Assembly (NCBI GenBank): GCA_035624355.1 | Contig: DASPRQ010000012.1 | Location: 22,782 to 86,781, forward strand | DNA: 64,000 nucleotides | Direction: 5' to 3' | Source of the DNA: Usitatibacter sp. | GTDB lineage: Bacteria > Pseudomonadota > Gammaproteobacteria > Burkholderiales > Usitatibacteraceae | Part shown: positions 41,437 to 50,596 of the stretch, piece after piece | How positions within the stretch are numbered: position 1 is the stretch's first letter | How the letters are laid out: the number at the start of each line of letters is the position of its first letter | Position numbers and translations under genes: made by a program | The notes under the pieces: generated by a model | What the model was told of the DNA's origin: nothing | What the model saw: only the letters and a program-made list of their open reading frames with translations | Database searches by the model: none

Positions 41437-42333
41437 GTGAGCGCCGCGCCTCGCGCCCGGGCGAGGACCGTGCGCGCGCTGCTCGACTACGGCGTGCGCG
41501 AGTTCGAGAGCGCGGGCATCTCCTACGGCCACGGCACGGCGAACGCGCTCGACGAGGCGGCGTGGATCGTGCTGCGCGCGCTCGGCCTGCCTCCCCACGA
41601 CGTGGATCCGTACCTCGACTGGCCGCTCGACGCCGCGCGCTACGGAGCGGCGAAGGCGCTGCTCGACCGGCGCGTGGCCGCCCGCACGCCCGCGGCCTAC
41701 CTGCTGCAGGAGGCGTGGCTCGGCCCGTACCGCTTCTACGTCGACGAGCGCGTGATCGTCCCGCGGTCCTTCATCGCCGAGCTGCTCCTGGAAGATCGGG
41801 GTCAGACCCCGTTTGCCGGACTGCAGCCGCCGCGCCGCGTCCTCGACCTGTGCACGGGCTCCGGGTGCCTCGCGATCCTCGCGGCGCTGCGCTTTCCCGA
41901 GGCGAAGGTGGACGCGGCCGACATCTCGGAGGAAGCGCTCGCGGTGGCGCGGCGCAACGTCGCCGACTACGGGCTCGCCGGACGCGTGCGGCTCGTGAAA
42001 TCCGACCTCTTCGCCGGCCTCGCGAGGCGCGCCTACGACCTCGTCGTCTCCAATCCGCCGTACGTGAAGGCGTCCTCCATGGCGCGGCTCCCGCCCGAAT
42101 ACCGGCGCGAGCCGCGGCTCGCGCTCGCGAGCGGCGCCGACGGCCTCGAGCACACGCGCGCGATCCTGCGCGGGGCTCGCGCGCACCTGCGTCCCGGGGG
42201 CCTGCTCGTCGTGGAGATCGGGCGCAACCGCAAGGCGCTCGAGAAGGCCTTCCCCGGCGTCGGGTTCTCGTGGCCGCGCACCTCGGCCGGGCGCGGCTTC
42301 GTCTTCGCGATCCCGCGCGAGCGCCTGCCCTGA
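41437..42333 (+). CDS. prmB: 50S protein L3 N5-glutamine methyltransferase
   Basis: YGHGTANALDEAAW, FYVDERVIVPRSFIAE, LDLCTGSG, SNPPY. Confidence 0.94.
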   Translation: MSAAPRARARTVRALLDYGVREFESAGISYGHGTANALDEAAWIVLRALGLPPHDVDPYLDWPLDAARYGAAKALLDRRVAARTPAAYLLQEAWLGPYRFYVDERVIVPRSFIAELLLEDRGQTPFAGLQPPRRVLDLCTGSGCLAILAALRFPEAKVDAADISEEALAVARRNVADYGLAGRVRLVKSDLFAGLARRAYDLVVSNPPYVKASSMARLPPEYRREPRLALASGADGLEHTRAILRGARAHLRPGGLLVVEIGRNRKALEKAFPGVGFSWPRTSAGRGFVFAIPRERLP

Positions 42334-42352
42334 ACGGCGCGCGCCCGCGCGC

Positions 42353-43126
42353 TCACTCGCGCCAGGACGGGTCGACGCGGTCGAGCTTGCGCAGGATCCC
42401 GGGCCACGCGATCATGCCGCCCGCCTCGCGCAGCACCACCTTCGAGGCCTGCCGGATGCCGTCCAGGATCGGCTGCGGCACGGCGATGAGCTCGGCCCCG
42501 CCCGCCTGCGCGCGCACCTGCACCTCGCAGGCCTTCTGCAGGATGTACATGTGCAGGAAGGCGTCGGCCACGGTCGCCCCGCACGTGAGCAGCCCGTGGT
42601 TGCGCAGGATCATGTGGTGCGCCTCGCCCAGGTCGCGCACGAGGCGCGCCTTCTCCTCGGGATTGAGCGCCACGCCCTCGTAGTCGTGGTAGGCGAGGCT
42701 CGCCAGGGGAAAGAGCGACTGCTGCGAGATCGCGAGGAGCCCGGCGCGCTGGCAGGAGACCGCTACGCCCTCGACCGTGTGCACGTGCATCACGCAGCGC
42801 GCGTCCTCGCGCGCCTCGTGCACGGCCCCGTGGATCGTGAAGCCGGCGGGATTGATCTCGAAGGGCGAGTCCATGACCTTGCGCCCCGCGAGGTCGACCT
42901 TCACGAGGCTGGAGGCGGTGATCTCCTCGAACATCATCCCGTAGGGATTGATGAGGAAGTGGTGCCCGGGCCCCGGCACCCGCGCCGAGATGTGCGTGAA
43001 GACGAGGTCGTCCCACCCGTAGAGGGCCACCGCCCGGTAGGCGGCCGCGAGGTCCAGGCGCACCGCCCACTCCTCGGCGCTCACGTGGGCCTTCACCGAG
43101 CGGATCAGTGCAGGGTCGGCGTGCAT
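42353..43126 (-). CDS. Class II aldolase/adducin family protein
   Basis: RLDLAAAYR, FTHISAR, AGFTIH, MHVHT, LRNHG metal-binding His motifs. Confidence 0.92.
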   Translation of the reverse strand: MHADPALIRSVKAHVSAEEWAVRLDLAAAYRAVALYGWDDLVFTHISARVPGPGHHFLINPYGMMFEEITASSLVKVDLAGRKVMDSPFEINPAGFTIHGAVHEAREDARCVMHVHTVEGVAVSCQRAGLLAISQQSLFPLASLAYHDYEGVALNPEEKARLVRDLGEAHHMILRNHGLLTCGATVADAFLHMYILQKACEVQVRAQAGGAELIAVPQPILDGIRQASKVVLREAGGMIAWPGILRKLDRVDPSWRE

Positions 43127-43130
43127 GAAA

Positions 43131-43138
43131 TAATATTA
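43131..43138. promoter_or_regulatory. Palindromic TAATATTA giving a TAATAT -10 on each strand (putative bidirectional leaderless promoter)
   Basis: 17-nt intergenic gap. TAATAT lies 7 nt before ATG 43144 (+) and 6 nt before ATG 43126 (-). Confidence 0.65.
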
Positions 43139-43143
43139 CTCCC

Positions 43144-43551
43144 ATGCCCATTTCCGTCGACCGCATCGACCACCTCGTGCTCACGGTGTTCGACGTCGAT
43201 CGCACCCTCGACTTCTACCGGCGCGTGCTCGGGATGGAGCCGATCACCTTCGCCGGCGGAAGGCGCGGCCTCGCCTTCGGCCGCCAGAAGCTCAACCTCC
43301 ACCAGGCCGGGCGCGAGTTCGAGCCCAAGGCGCTCAAGCCCGCGCCGGGGTCGGTCGACGTGTGCTTCGTCTCCGCGACCCCCCTCGAGGAGGTGGCCGC
43401 GCACCTGAAGGCGTGCGGCGTGGCGATCGCCGAGGGCCCCGTCGCGAAGACCGGCGCCCTGGGCCCGATGATGTCCGTCTATTTCCGCGATCCCGACGGC
43501 AACCTCGTCGAGGTGTCGAACTACCCTGCGGTGACGGCGGGCGCCCCGTGA
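43144..43551 (+). CDS. VOC/glyoxalase family protein
   Basis: [37 protein letters not shown]. Confidence 0.92.
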   Translation: MPISVDRIDHLVLTVFDVDRTLDFYRRVLGMEPITFAGGRRGLAFGRQKLNLHQAGREFEPKALKPAPGSVDVCFVSATPLEEVAAHLKACGVAIAEGPVAKTGALGPMMSVYFRDPDGNLVEVSNYPAVTAGAP

Positions 43552-44210
43552 GCGCCTCCGACCCCCCGGCCGTCGAGACGCAGCTCGCGCACCTGCGCAA
43601 GGAATACGCGCTCGAGTCGCTCGACGAGAAGGACGTCGACCGCGATCCCCTGCGGCAGTTCGCGCTGTGGATGAGCGAGGCGATCGAGGCGCAGGTGCCG
43701 GAGCCCACGGCGATGACGCTCGCCACCGCGGACGCGCAAGGCTACCCTTCCGCGCGCGTGCTGCTTCTCAAGGGCGCCGACGCCCGCGGCTTCGTGTTCT
43801 ACACGAACTACGAGAGCCGCAAGGGCCGGGAGCTCGCCGCCAACCCGCGGGCCGCGATGACCTTCCTCTGGAAGGAGCTCGAGCGCCAGGTGCGCATCGA
43901 GGGGCGCGTCGAGAAGGTCACGCCCGAGGAATCCACCGCGTACTTCGACACCCGCCCGCTCGGCTCGCGCGTCGGCGCCTGGGCCTCGCCCCAGAGCCAG
44001 GCGATCGAGGATCGCGGCTGGCTCGAAGCGCGCTGGGCGCAGCTCTCCGAGCGCTACGGCGAAAGGCCGCCGCGGCCGCCGCACTGGGGCGGCTACCGCC
44101 TGCTGCCGCGCCACGTGGAATTCTGGCAGGGCCGCACGAGCCGCCTGCACGACCGCATCGCCTACGACGGCGAGCCGGGAAGCTGGAAGATCTCGAGGCT
44201 CGCCCCATGA
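43548..44210 (+). CDS. pdxH: Pyridoxine/pyridoxamine 5'-phosphate oxidase
   Basis: [57 protein letters not shown]. Confidence 0.97.
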   Translation: MSASDPPAVETQLAHLRKEYALESLDEKDVDRDPLRQFALWMSEAIEAQVPEPTAMTLATADAQGYPSARVLLLKGADARGFVFYTNYESRKGRELAANPRAAMTFLWKELERQVRIEGRVEKVTPEESTAYFDTRPLGSRVGAWASPQSQAIEDRGWLEARWAQLSERYGERPPRPPHWGGYRLLPRHVEFWQGRTSRLHDRIAYDGEPGSWKISRLAP

Positions 44211-44872
44211 CGCGCATGCCGCCCTTCGACTTGAGGCGCCTGGAATCCGAGCGGCTCTCCGGCGAGGCGCTCGAGCGCTCCCTCGAGACGATGCTCGCCG
44301 AGCACGCGCGGGGCGACGAGCTCTGGGTCTTCGGCTACGGCTCGCTCATGTGGAACCCGGAGTTCGACTTCGACCGCAAGCGCGTGGCCTCGGTGTACGG
44401 ATACCACCGCAGCTTCTGCCTGTGGTCGCGCATCAACCGCGGCACGCCCGACAGCCCCGGCCTCGTGCTCACGCTCGAGCGCGGCGGAAGCTGCCGCGGG
44501 CTCGCCTACCGCCTCGCGCGCGGCCGGGACCGCGACGAGCTCTCCCGCCTGTGGAAGCGCGAGATGACGATGGGCTCCTACCTCCCGCGCTGGCTCGAGT
44601 GCCACGCGGGAGCCGAATCCTTCGAGGCGCTCGCCTTCGTCGTGAACCGCCGCTGCACCGGCTACGCGGGCAAGCTCCCGATCGAGACCATGGTGGAGGC
44701 GATCGCCACCGCCCGCGGCAAGTACGGGACGAGCGCCGACTACCTCTTCCGCACCGAGGCCGCGCTCGCCGAGCACGGCATCCGCGACGAGCGCGTGCGC
44801 CGCCTCGCCGAGCGCGTGCGGGCCCACCAGCGGCCGGGGATGCGACCGGGGCCGGATCCCGTTTTCCGCTAG
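44207..44872 (+). CDS. chaC: ChaC-like gamma-glutamylcyclotransferase
   Basis: [38 protein letters not shown]. Confidence 0.9.
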   Translation: MTRMPPFDLRRLESERLSGEALERSLETMLAEHARGDELWVFGYGSLMWNPEFDFDRKRVASVYGYHRSFCLWSRINRGTPDSPGLVLTLERGGSCRGLAYRLARGRDRDELSRLWKREMTMGSYLPRWLECHAGAESFEALAFVVNRRCTGYAGKLPIETMVEAIATARGKYGTSADYLFRTEAALAEHGIRDERVRRLAERVRAHQRPGMRPGPDPVFR

Positions 44873-44873
44873 T

Positions 44874-44888
44874 CGACGGGGTCCGTCG
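44874..44888. terminator. Short hairpin between convergent chaC and DHDPS-like genes
   Basis: CGACGG-GGT-CCGTCG; no clear U-tract. Confidence 0.35.
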
Positions 44889-44912
44889 CCGATCTCTCCG
44901 GCGAGCGCGCCT

Positions 44913-45839
44913 TTAGACGCTCGCGCGCGGATCGCGCTTCGCGAGGCGCCGCAGGAGGTAGTCGACCTCGGCGCGGGCGGCGGCCGTGAGGGCGGCGCCG
45001 GGCTTGCGCAGCGCGTCGCAGGCGATGATCCCGCGGCGCATCAGCACGTACTTGCGCACCGCGAGCCCCGGCCCCGGCTGCTGCTCGTAGCGGATGAGCG
45101 GCAGGTGCGCGTCGAACAGGTCGTGCGCCTCCTCGCGCCTCCCCTCCTTCGAAAAGCGCACGACGTCGACCAGCATGTCGGGAAAGCAGTAGCCGGTGTT
45201 GGCGCCGTCGGCGCCGCGCTCCATCTCGAAGTCGAGGAAGAGCGCGTTGTTCCCGGTGAGGATCGAGATGTGCCGCATCGAGCCGTCGCGCTCGTAGCCG
45301 CGCAGGGTCGAGATCTTTTCGAGCCCCGGCCAGTCCTCGTGCTTGAGCATCGCGCATGCCGGGTTCTCCATGACGATGCGCCGGATCACCGCGGGCGCCA
45401 TCTGCACGGAGAACGTGAGGGGATAGTCCTGGATCGCGAACGGGACGTCGGTCCCGATCGCCTCCGAGGCCTGGCGGTAGTACTGCACGATGGAATCGTC
45501 GGTCCGCAGCGCGCCGGGCGGGGCGATCATCACGCCCGCGGCGCCCAGGTCCATCGCGTCGCGCGTGAGCGCGCGCATCGCGGCGAAGCCGGGGGCCGAG
45601 ACGCCCACCACCACGGGCATCGGCACGCGCGCGACCACGCGCTTCACGATGGCGACCGACTCGGAGTGCTCCATCTTCGGCGCCTCGCCGAGCTGGCCGA
45701 GGACCGTGATCCCGGTCACGCCCGCCGCGACGAAGAAATCGGTCATGCGGTCGATCGACGACTCGTCGATGCGCCCGTCCGGGTGGAACGGCGTGGGCGC
45801 GATGACGTACACGCCCTGCGCTTCGCTCGTGAGCTTCAT
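44913..45839 (-). CDS. Dihydrodipicolinate synthase-family (class I aldolase/dehydratase) protein, probably not DapA
   Basis: TPF, GQLGE in place of GTTGE, QDYP tyrosine, LKHED Schiff-base lysine. Confidence 0.88.
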   Translation of the reverse strand: MKLTSEAQGVYVIAPTPFHPDGRIDESSIDRMTDFFVAAGVTGITVLGQLGEAPKMEHSESVAIVKRVVARVPMPVVVGVSAPGFAAMRALTRDAMDLGAAGVMIAPPGALRTDDSIVQYYRQASEAIGTDVPFAIQDYPLTFSVQMAPAVIRRIVMENPACAMLKHEDWPGLEKISTLRGYERDGSMRHISILTGNNALFLDFEMERGADGANTGYCFPDMLVDVVRFSKEGRREEAHDLFDAHLPLIRYEQQPGPGLAVRKYVLMRRGIIACDALRKPGAALTAAARAEVDYLLRRLAKRDPRASV

Positions 45840-45858
45840 GCGTCGTTCCAATGACCCG

Positions 45859-46560
45859 CTATTTCTTCCGGCTCGCCTCGTAGCGCGCCTTGTTCTCGGC
45901 ATTCGGCGGATAGAGGCCCGGGAGCGAAGCGCCCTTCTCCACCTCCGACATGATCCAGCCCTCGAGGCGCTCCTGCTCGGGCGCGGCCCCGGCGACCTCC
46001 TCGACGAGCGCGGCGGGGATCAGCACCGCGCCGTCGTCGTCGGCCACGACCCAGTCGTCGGGGAACACAGCCACTCCGCCGCAGCCGATGGGCTCGCCCC
46101 AGGCGACGAAGGTGAGCCCCGCGACCGAGGGCGGCGCCGCGGCGCCCTGGCACCACACCGGCAGCCCCGTCGCGCGCACGCCCGCCACGTCGCGCAGCAC
46201 GCCGTCGGTCACGAGCGCGGCCACGCCGCGCTTGCCCATGCGCGCGCACAGGATGTCGCCGAAGATGCCGGCGCCGGTGACCCCCATCGCGTCCACGACC
46301 GCGATGCAGCCTTCGGGCATCGCCTCGATCGCCGCGCGCGTCGAGATCGGCTTCGACCACGACTCGGGCGTGGCGAGGTCCTCGCGCGCCGGCACGAAGC
46401 GCAGCGTGAACGCGCGGCCCGCGAGCCGCGGCTGGCCGGCGTTGAGCGGCCGCGTGCCGCGCATCCACACGTTCCGCAGGCCCTTCTTCAGCAGCAGCGT
46501 GGTGAGCGTGGCGGTGGTCACGCGCGAGAGGGTCTCGACGAGGTCTCGGTCTCGGCTCAT
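45859..46560 (-). CDS. RraA/HMG-aldolase family protein
   Basis: AGRAFTLRF, GIFGDIL, VTDGVLRD, GGVAVFPDDWVVADDDGAV. Confidence 0.88.
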   Translation of the reverse strand: MSRDRDLVETLSRVTTATLTTLLLKKGLRNVWMRGTRPLNAGQPRLAGRAFTLRFVPAREDLATPESWSKPISTRAAIEAMPEGCIAVVDAMGVTGAGIFGDILCARMGKRGVAALVTDGVLRDVAGVRATGLPVWCQGAAAPPSVAGLTFVAWGEPIGCGGVAVFPDDWVVADDDGAVLIPAALVEEVAGAAPEQERLEGWIMSEVEKGASLPGLYPPNAENKARYEASRKK

Positions 46561-46600
46561 GGGAGGTCCTGTGGGCGGGCGCCGGGGCGGACCCGCGATT

Positions 46601-47374
46601 CTACGCGAGACGGGCGAGGAACTCCCGGACCCGCGCCGCGTTCGCGCCGATGTCGCTCACGCCCACCCGCGAGTCGCTGCGCACGTCGACGCGGCTGCCC
46701 CCGTCCCGCGGCCGGATGCGCACGACCACGTCGTCACGGAAGCCGAACCAGGTCGTGCGAGCGGTCGCCTCGATGCGGCCCTCGGCGGGGTCGGAAGCGA
46801 CGATGTCCCACCCCATCGCGCGCGCCACCTCGAGCGCGCGCCGCATCGTCTGCGCCGGCGGCGCGGGAAGGTCGAGCGGCTTGATGTCGGGATAGGCCGC
46901 GCGCTGCCGCGCCGCCACCGCCGGCCCGCCGTAGGCCGCTCCGTTGGGCGACGCGAGGCGCGTGCCGAGCAGCGCCACGAAACGGGGCGGATCCCCCGGA
47001 TCCGTGGTGATGTCGTGGATCGGCGGAACGCGCTTCGCCTCGGCGAGGAAGAATAGCGGGGGCGCTGCGGCCGCGGCGGAGAAACCGAGCGCAAGGAGCG
47101 CGACCCACCAGCGGCCGCGCCAGCGCGGCGCGATCGCCGTCGCGAGCAGAACGAGGGAGGCGGCCCCGGCGGCGATCCCGGTCCACGCGCCCCATTGCAT
47201 GAGGCTCAGGCCCGCCTGCCACGTCCACACGCCGAGGCGGGTGCCGGGGCCCGAGACCGCCAGCATGGCGAAGGCGGCGAGCGACGCCGCCAGCGCGAGG
47301 GCCCGCACAATGCGCCAGGGCTCCGGCGAGGGCGAATCGGCGGCGTCGAGCTGCGGGAACGGCGCGGCGGGCAT
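46601..47374 (-). CDS. DUF1499 family membrane-anchored protein
   Basis: Three N-terminal TMs, PPIHDITTD, FGFRDDVVVRI, VDVRSDSRVGVSDIGANAARV. CATAAT 47383-47388 (-) lies 8 nt before the ATG. Confidence 0.88.
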   Translation of the reverse strand: MPAAPFPQLDAADSPSPEPWRIVRALALAASLAAFAMLAVSGPGTRLGVWTWQAGLSLMQWGAWTGIAAGAASLVLLATAIAPRWRGRWWVALLALGFSAAAAAPPLFFLAEAKRVPPIHDITTDPGDPPRFVALLGTRLASPNGAAYGGPAVAARQRAAYPDIKPLDLPAPPAQTMRRALEVARAMGWDIVASDPAEGRIEATARTTWFGFRDDVVVRIRPRDGGSRVDVRSDSRVGVSDIGANAARVREFLARLA

Positions 47375-47394
47375 ACGAGCCCATTATGCGCGCC

Positions 47395-47568
47395 TCAGAG
47401 CGCCCGGGCCCTCAACGGGATGTTGTACTCGTGAGCGGAGGCCTGCGGCGCGGCGGGGAGCTCGCCCGCCACGACGAGCGCGGCGAGGAGCGCCGCGGCG
47501 AGCGCCGCGCCGACCCAGGCGAGGCTCGGGCCCCGGGACACGGGGAGGTTGCGGCAGGAGGTGGACAT
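47395..47568 (-). CDS. Unannotated 57-aa single-TM small protein divergent from the LysR gene
   Basis: MSTSCRNLPVSRGPSLAWVGAALAAALLAALVVAGELPAAPQASAHEYNIPLRARAL. GAGG SD 5 nt upstream; almost all third positions G/C; fills the gap exactly. Confidence 0.65.
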   Translation of the reverse strand: MSTSCRNLPVSRGPSLAWVGAALAAALLAALVVAGELPAAPQASAHEYNIPLRARAL

Positions 47569-47593
47569 GGGTGCCTCGATCGGCCGATGAAGT

Positions 47594-47634
47594 GTGAGCA
47601 ATATTGTCACTTGCATCGCCGTCCTCAAAGCGAT
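47594..47634. promoter_or_regulatory. Inverted repeats in the LysR/small-gene divergent promoter
   Basis: GTGA-G-CAATATTG-TCAC (47594-47610) and ATCGC-N10-GCGAT (47615-47634) in an AT-rich island. Confidence 0.45.
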
Positions 47635-47665
47635 ATGTTTTCGGCTGCTTGATACTTTTTTTGAC

Positions 47666-48547
47666 ATGTCCACGCGCCTGCCCCCGCTCTCCGCGCTGCG
47701 TCCCTTCGAGGCGGCCGCGCGCCTCGAGAGCTTCTCGCGCGCCGCGGAGGAGCTGCACCTCACGCACGGCGCGGTGAGCCACCAGGTGCGCGCGCTCGAG
47801 GAGCACCTGGGGCGGGCGCTCTTCGCGCGGCACGGCCGGCGCGTGGCGCTCAACGCGGCGGGGCGCGAGTTCGCCGAGCGTGTGCGCGCCGCGCTCGGCG
47901 AGATCGCGCAGGCCGCCGACGCGCTGCGTCCCGCGCGGCGCGACGGGCGCCTCACGGTGAGCGTGCTGCCGTCGTTCGCCTCGCACTGGCTCATGCCGCG
48001 CCTCATCCGCTTCATGGAGGCGCACCCGGAGATCGAGGTGAATGTGCTCGCGACCATGGCGCTCGCCGACTTCGAGCGCGACGAGGTGGACGTGGCCATC
48101 CGCTTCGGCAGGGGGCCGTGGCCGCCCCTCGTGTGCGAGCCCTTCCTCGAGGACGAGTACTTTCCCGTGGCGAGCCCGCGCATCGACCGGGGGCGGCTGC
48201 CGCGCGCCCCGCGCGACCTGCTGGGACTGCGGCTCATCCGCGAGGACCGCGACTACTGGCCGGAGTGGTTCGAGGCGGCGGGCGTCGCGCTCGAGCGCCC
48301 CGTGGCCGGCCCCATGTTCAACGACGCGTCGCTGTCGCTGCAGGCGGCCGTGCGCGGCGAGGGGGTGGCGCTCGCGCGCCGCTCGATCGTGGGCGACGAG
48401 CTCGCGCGCGGCACGCTCAAGCGCCTGTTCCGCACGAGCGTGCCCTCGCGCGAGCGCTACTGGTTCGTGAGCCCGCGCGCGACCGCAGGCACCGCGCGGG
48501 TGAAGGCCTTCCGCGAGTGGGTGAAGTCGGAGCTCGCTAGGCGCTGA
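47666..48547 (+). CDS. LysR family regulator, GcvA/AmpR-like
   Basis: LPPLSALRPFEAAARLESFSRAAEELHLTHGAVSHQVRALE HTH; WLMPRL; DVAIRFG. Start ATG 47666. Confidence 0.95.
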   Translation: MSTRLPPLSALRPFEAAARLESFSRAAEELHLTHGAVSHQVRALEEHLGRALFARHGRRVALNAAGREFAERVRAALGEIAQAADALRPARRDGRLTVSVLPSFASHWLMPRLIRFMEAHPEIEVNVLATMALADFERDEVDVAIRFGRGPWPPLVCEPFLEDEYFPVASPRIDRGRLPRAPRDLLGLRLIREDRDYWPEWFEAAGVALERPVAGPMFNDASLSLQAAVRGEGVALARRSIVGDELARGTLKRLFRTSVPSRERYWFVSPRATAGTARVKAFREWVKSELARR

Positions 48548-49934
48548 ACGGATCGCTATTGGCGTTGGACGGGGGCTGCTGATCGCCGCGCCCCTCGCCC
48601 GCGTTGCGGCCGCGATGGCGTCCGCGGTTGCGGCGATGCCGGCCGGCCTTGCCCCCGTTGCCGTGGCCCTGCGGCGGGCGCTGCATCCCCTCGCCCGGCG
48701 CCGGGCCTTCGGGCTGGGCCCCGTGCGCCTGCGCCTGCGCATGCTTGCGCTGCTGCTGCTGCGGCGCCTGCTGCTGGGGCTGCTGCTGCGACGCGCCCTG
48801 GCCCCCGCTTCCGCGGCGCTTCTTGAAGCCGAACCGGCCCCCGGGCTTTCCGGCACCCTTCGGGGCGCGCGGCCCCGGCGCCCGGACGTCCGGAGCATAG
48901 GTGCCGCGGTTGCCGTCGGCCTCGCGCGCGGGCTCGCCCGCGCGGTTGCCGATGTCGTCGCGGTTGCCGTCCACGTCGCGCGGGGCCGGCGGCTCGCGGT
49001 TGGCGTGGTAGTCGGCGCGGTTACCGATGTTGTCGCGCTCGTCCTCCTCCTCGTCGGAGCCCGCCGCCTCGAGCGTCTCGCCCACGCCCGCGAAGGCGAG
49101 CAGCTCCTGCACCTGCGTCTCGTCCATCTCCTTCATCATCCCGCGCTTGAGGAAGGTGGGAAGCGCCACGGGCCCGAAGCGCACGCGCATGAGGCGGCTC
49201 ACGGTGAGGCCCGCGGCCTCGAACATCCGGCGCACCTCGCGGTTCTTGCCCTCGCGAAGCACGACGTGGTACCAGTGGTTCGCGCCCTCGCCGCCGCGGT
49301 CCTCGATCGAGTCGAAGCGGCACGCCTCGCCGTCGATGTCGACACCGGCCGCGAGCTTCGCCTTCTGCTCCTCGGTGAGCTCGCCCAGGAGGCGCACGGC
49401 GTACTCGCGCTCCACCTCGAAGCGCGGGTGCGTGAGGCGGTTGGCGAGCTCGCCGTTCGTGGTGAAGATGAGGAGCCCCCCGGTGTTGAGGTCGAGCCTG
49501 CCGACCGAGACCCAGCGGCCCCCGTGCACCTTCGGCAGCTTCGCGAACACCGTCGCCCGCCCCTCGGGGTCGTCGCGCGTGACGATCTCGCCCTCGGGCT
49601 TGTGGTAGAGGAGCACGCGCGGGAGCGCCTCGCCGAAGCGCAGCCGGATGAGCTCGCCGTCGAGCCTCACCTTGTCGCCCGGTCCGACGCCGTCGCCGAG
49701 CTTCGCCACCTGGCCGTTGATCGTGACGTGGCCCTGGGCGATCAGGATCTCGATGTTGCGCCGCGAGCCGTGGCCCGACTGCGCCATCACCTTCTGCAGG
49801 CGCTCGCGCTTGCCGCCGCCCCCGCCGCCCTTTCCCTTCCCGCGGCGCTTGTTCCGGTTCGATTGGGGACGTGCCCATTCCGGCACGATGCCGCCTGGCC
49901 ATTCCAGGCGATGCTGCTGAGGTTTATCCCGCAT
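48537..49934 (-). CDS. rluB: 23S rRNA pseudouridine synthase B with long low-complexity C-terminal tail
   Basis: ERLQKVMAQSGHGSRR S4 domain, YHKPEG, VGRLDLNTGGLLIFTTNGELANRLTHP; follows scpB. Confidence 0.92.
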   Translation of the reverse strand: MRDKPQQHRLEWPGGIVPEWARPQSNRNKRRGKGKGGGGGGKRERLQKVMAQSGHGSRRNIEILIAQGHVTINGQVAKLGDGVGPGDKVRLDGELIRLRFGEALPRVLLYHKPEGEIVTRDDPEGRATVFAKLPKVHGGRWVSVGRLDLNTGGLLIFTTNGELANRLTHPRFEVEREYAVRLLGELTEEQKAKLAAGVDIDGEACRFDSIEDRGGEGANHWYHVVLREGKNREVRRMFEAAGLTVSRLMRVRFGPVALPTFLKRGMMKEMDETQVQELLAFAGVGETLEAAGSDEEEDERDNIGNRADYHANREPPAPRDVDGNRDDIGNRAGEPAREADGNRGTYAPDVRAPGPRAPKGAGKPGGRFGFKKRRGSGGQGASQQQPQQQAPQQQQRKHAQAQAHGAQPEGPAPGEGMQRPPQGHGNGGKAGRHRRNRGRHRGRNAGEGRGDQQPPSNANSDPFSA

Positions 49935-50595
49935 GGGCTTCTGGCTCCGTGGACTCTTGGGGAGGGGGCCCGTCGACGAGGGCTTGCTGCGCGGGCGCCG
50001 GGGGAGGCGCTTCGACGAGGGCGTGGGGTGCCGCGGCGAGCGAGGACTGCAGCTCCTCCAGCGGCGGAAGCTCCTCGATCGAGCGCAGGTTGAGGTCGTC
50101 GAGGAATCTTTTCGTGGTGGCGAAGATGGCGGGGCGCCCGGGCGTCTCGCGATGCCCGATCACCTCGACCCAGCCGCGCTCGAGGAGCGCGTTGAGCGTG
50201 GGCGGCGAGACCGCCACGCCGCGCACCTCCTCGATGTCGCCGCGCGTGACGGGCTGGCGGTAGGCGACGATCGCGAGGGTCTCGAGGACGGCGCGCGAGT
50301 AGCGCGGCGGCTTCTCGCTCGAGACGCGGTCGAGGAACCGCTGGTAGTCGGGCTTCACGCGGAAGCGCCAGCCGGAGGCGACCGCGGTGAGCTCGACCGA
50401 GCGCCCGGACCACTCGTCCTTCAGCTCGTCGAGCACCTTGCGGATGTTGTCCGCGTCCACCTCCCCGGCGAAGAGGCGCCGCAGCTGCTGCAGCGTGAGC
50501 GGCTCGGGCGAGGAAAGCAGCGCCGCCTCGAGCACCCGCTTCACCGTCGCCACGTCGAGGGGATCCGGGGATCCGGGATTCGTCTGCTCGTTCAT
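49924..50595 (-). CDS. scpB: SMC-Scp complex subunit ScpB
   Basis: LEAALLSSPEPL, YSRAVLETLAIVAYRQPVTRGDIEEVRGV, GRPAIFATT. Confidence 0.96.
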   Translation of the reverse strand: MNEQTNPGSPDPLDVATVKRVLEAALLSSPEPLTLQQLRRLFAGEVDADNIRKVLDELKDEWSGRSVELTAVASGWRFRVKPDYQRFLDRVSSEKPPRYSRAVLETLAIVAYRQPVTRGDIEEVRGVAVSPPTLNALLERGWVEVIGHRETPGRPAIFATTKRFLDDLNLRSIEELPPLEELQSSLAAAPHALVEAPPPAPAQQALVDGPPPQESTEPEAHAG

Positions 50596-50596
50596 G

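Noticed and set aside
44913-45839. Calling the DHDPS-family gene dapA because dapC/D/E are nearby
   Set aside because: The GQLGE loop replaces the DapA GTTGE and it is paired with an RraA-like gene; proximity to the dap genes is not sufficient.
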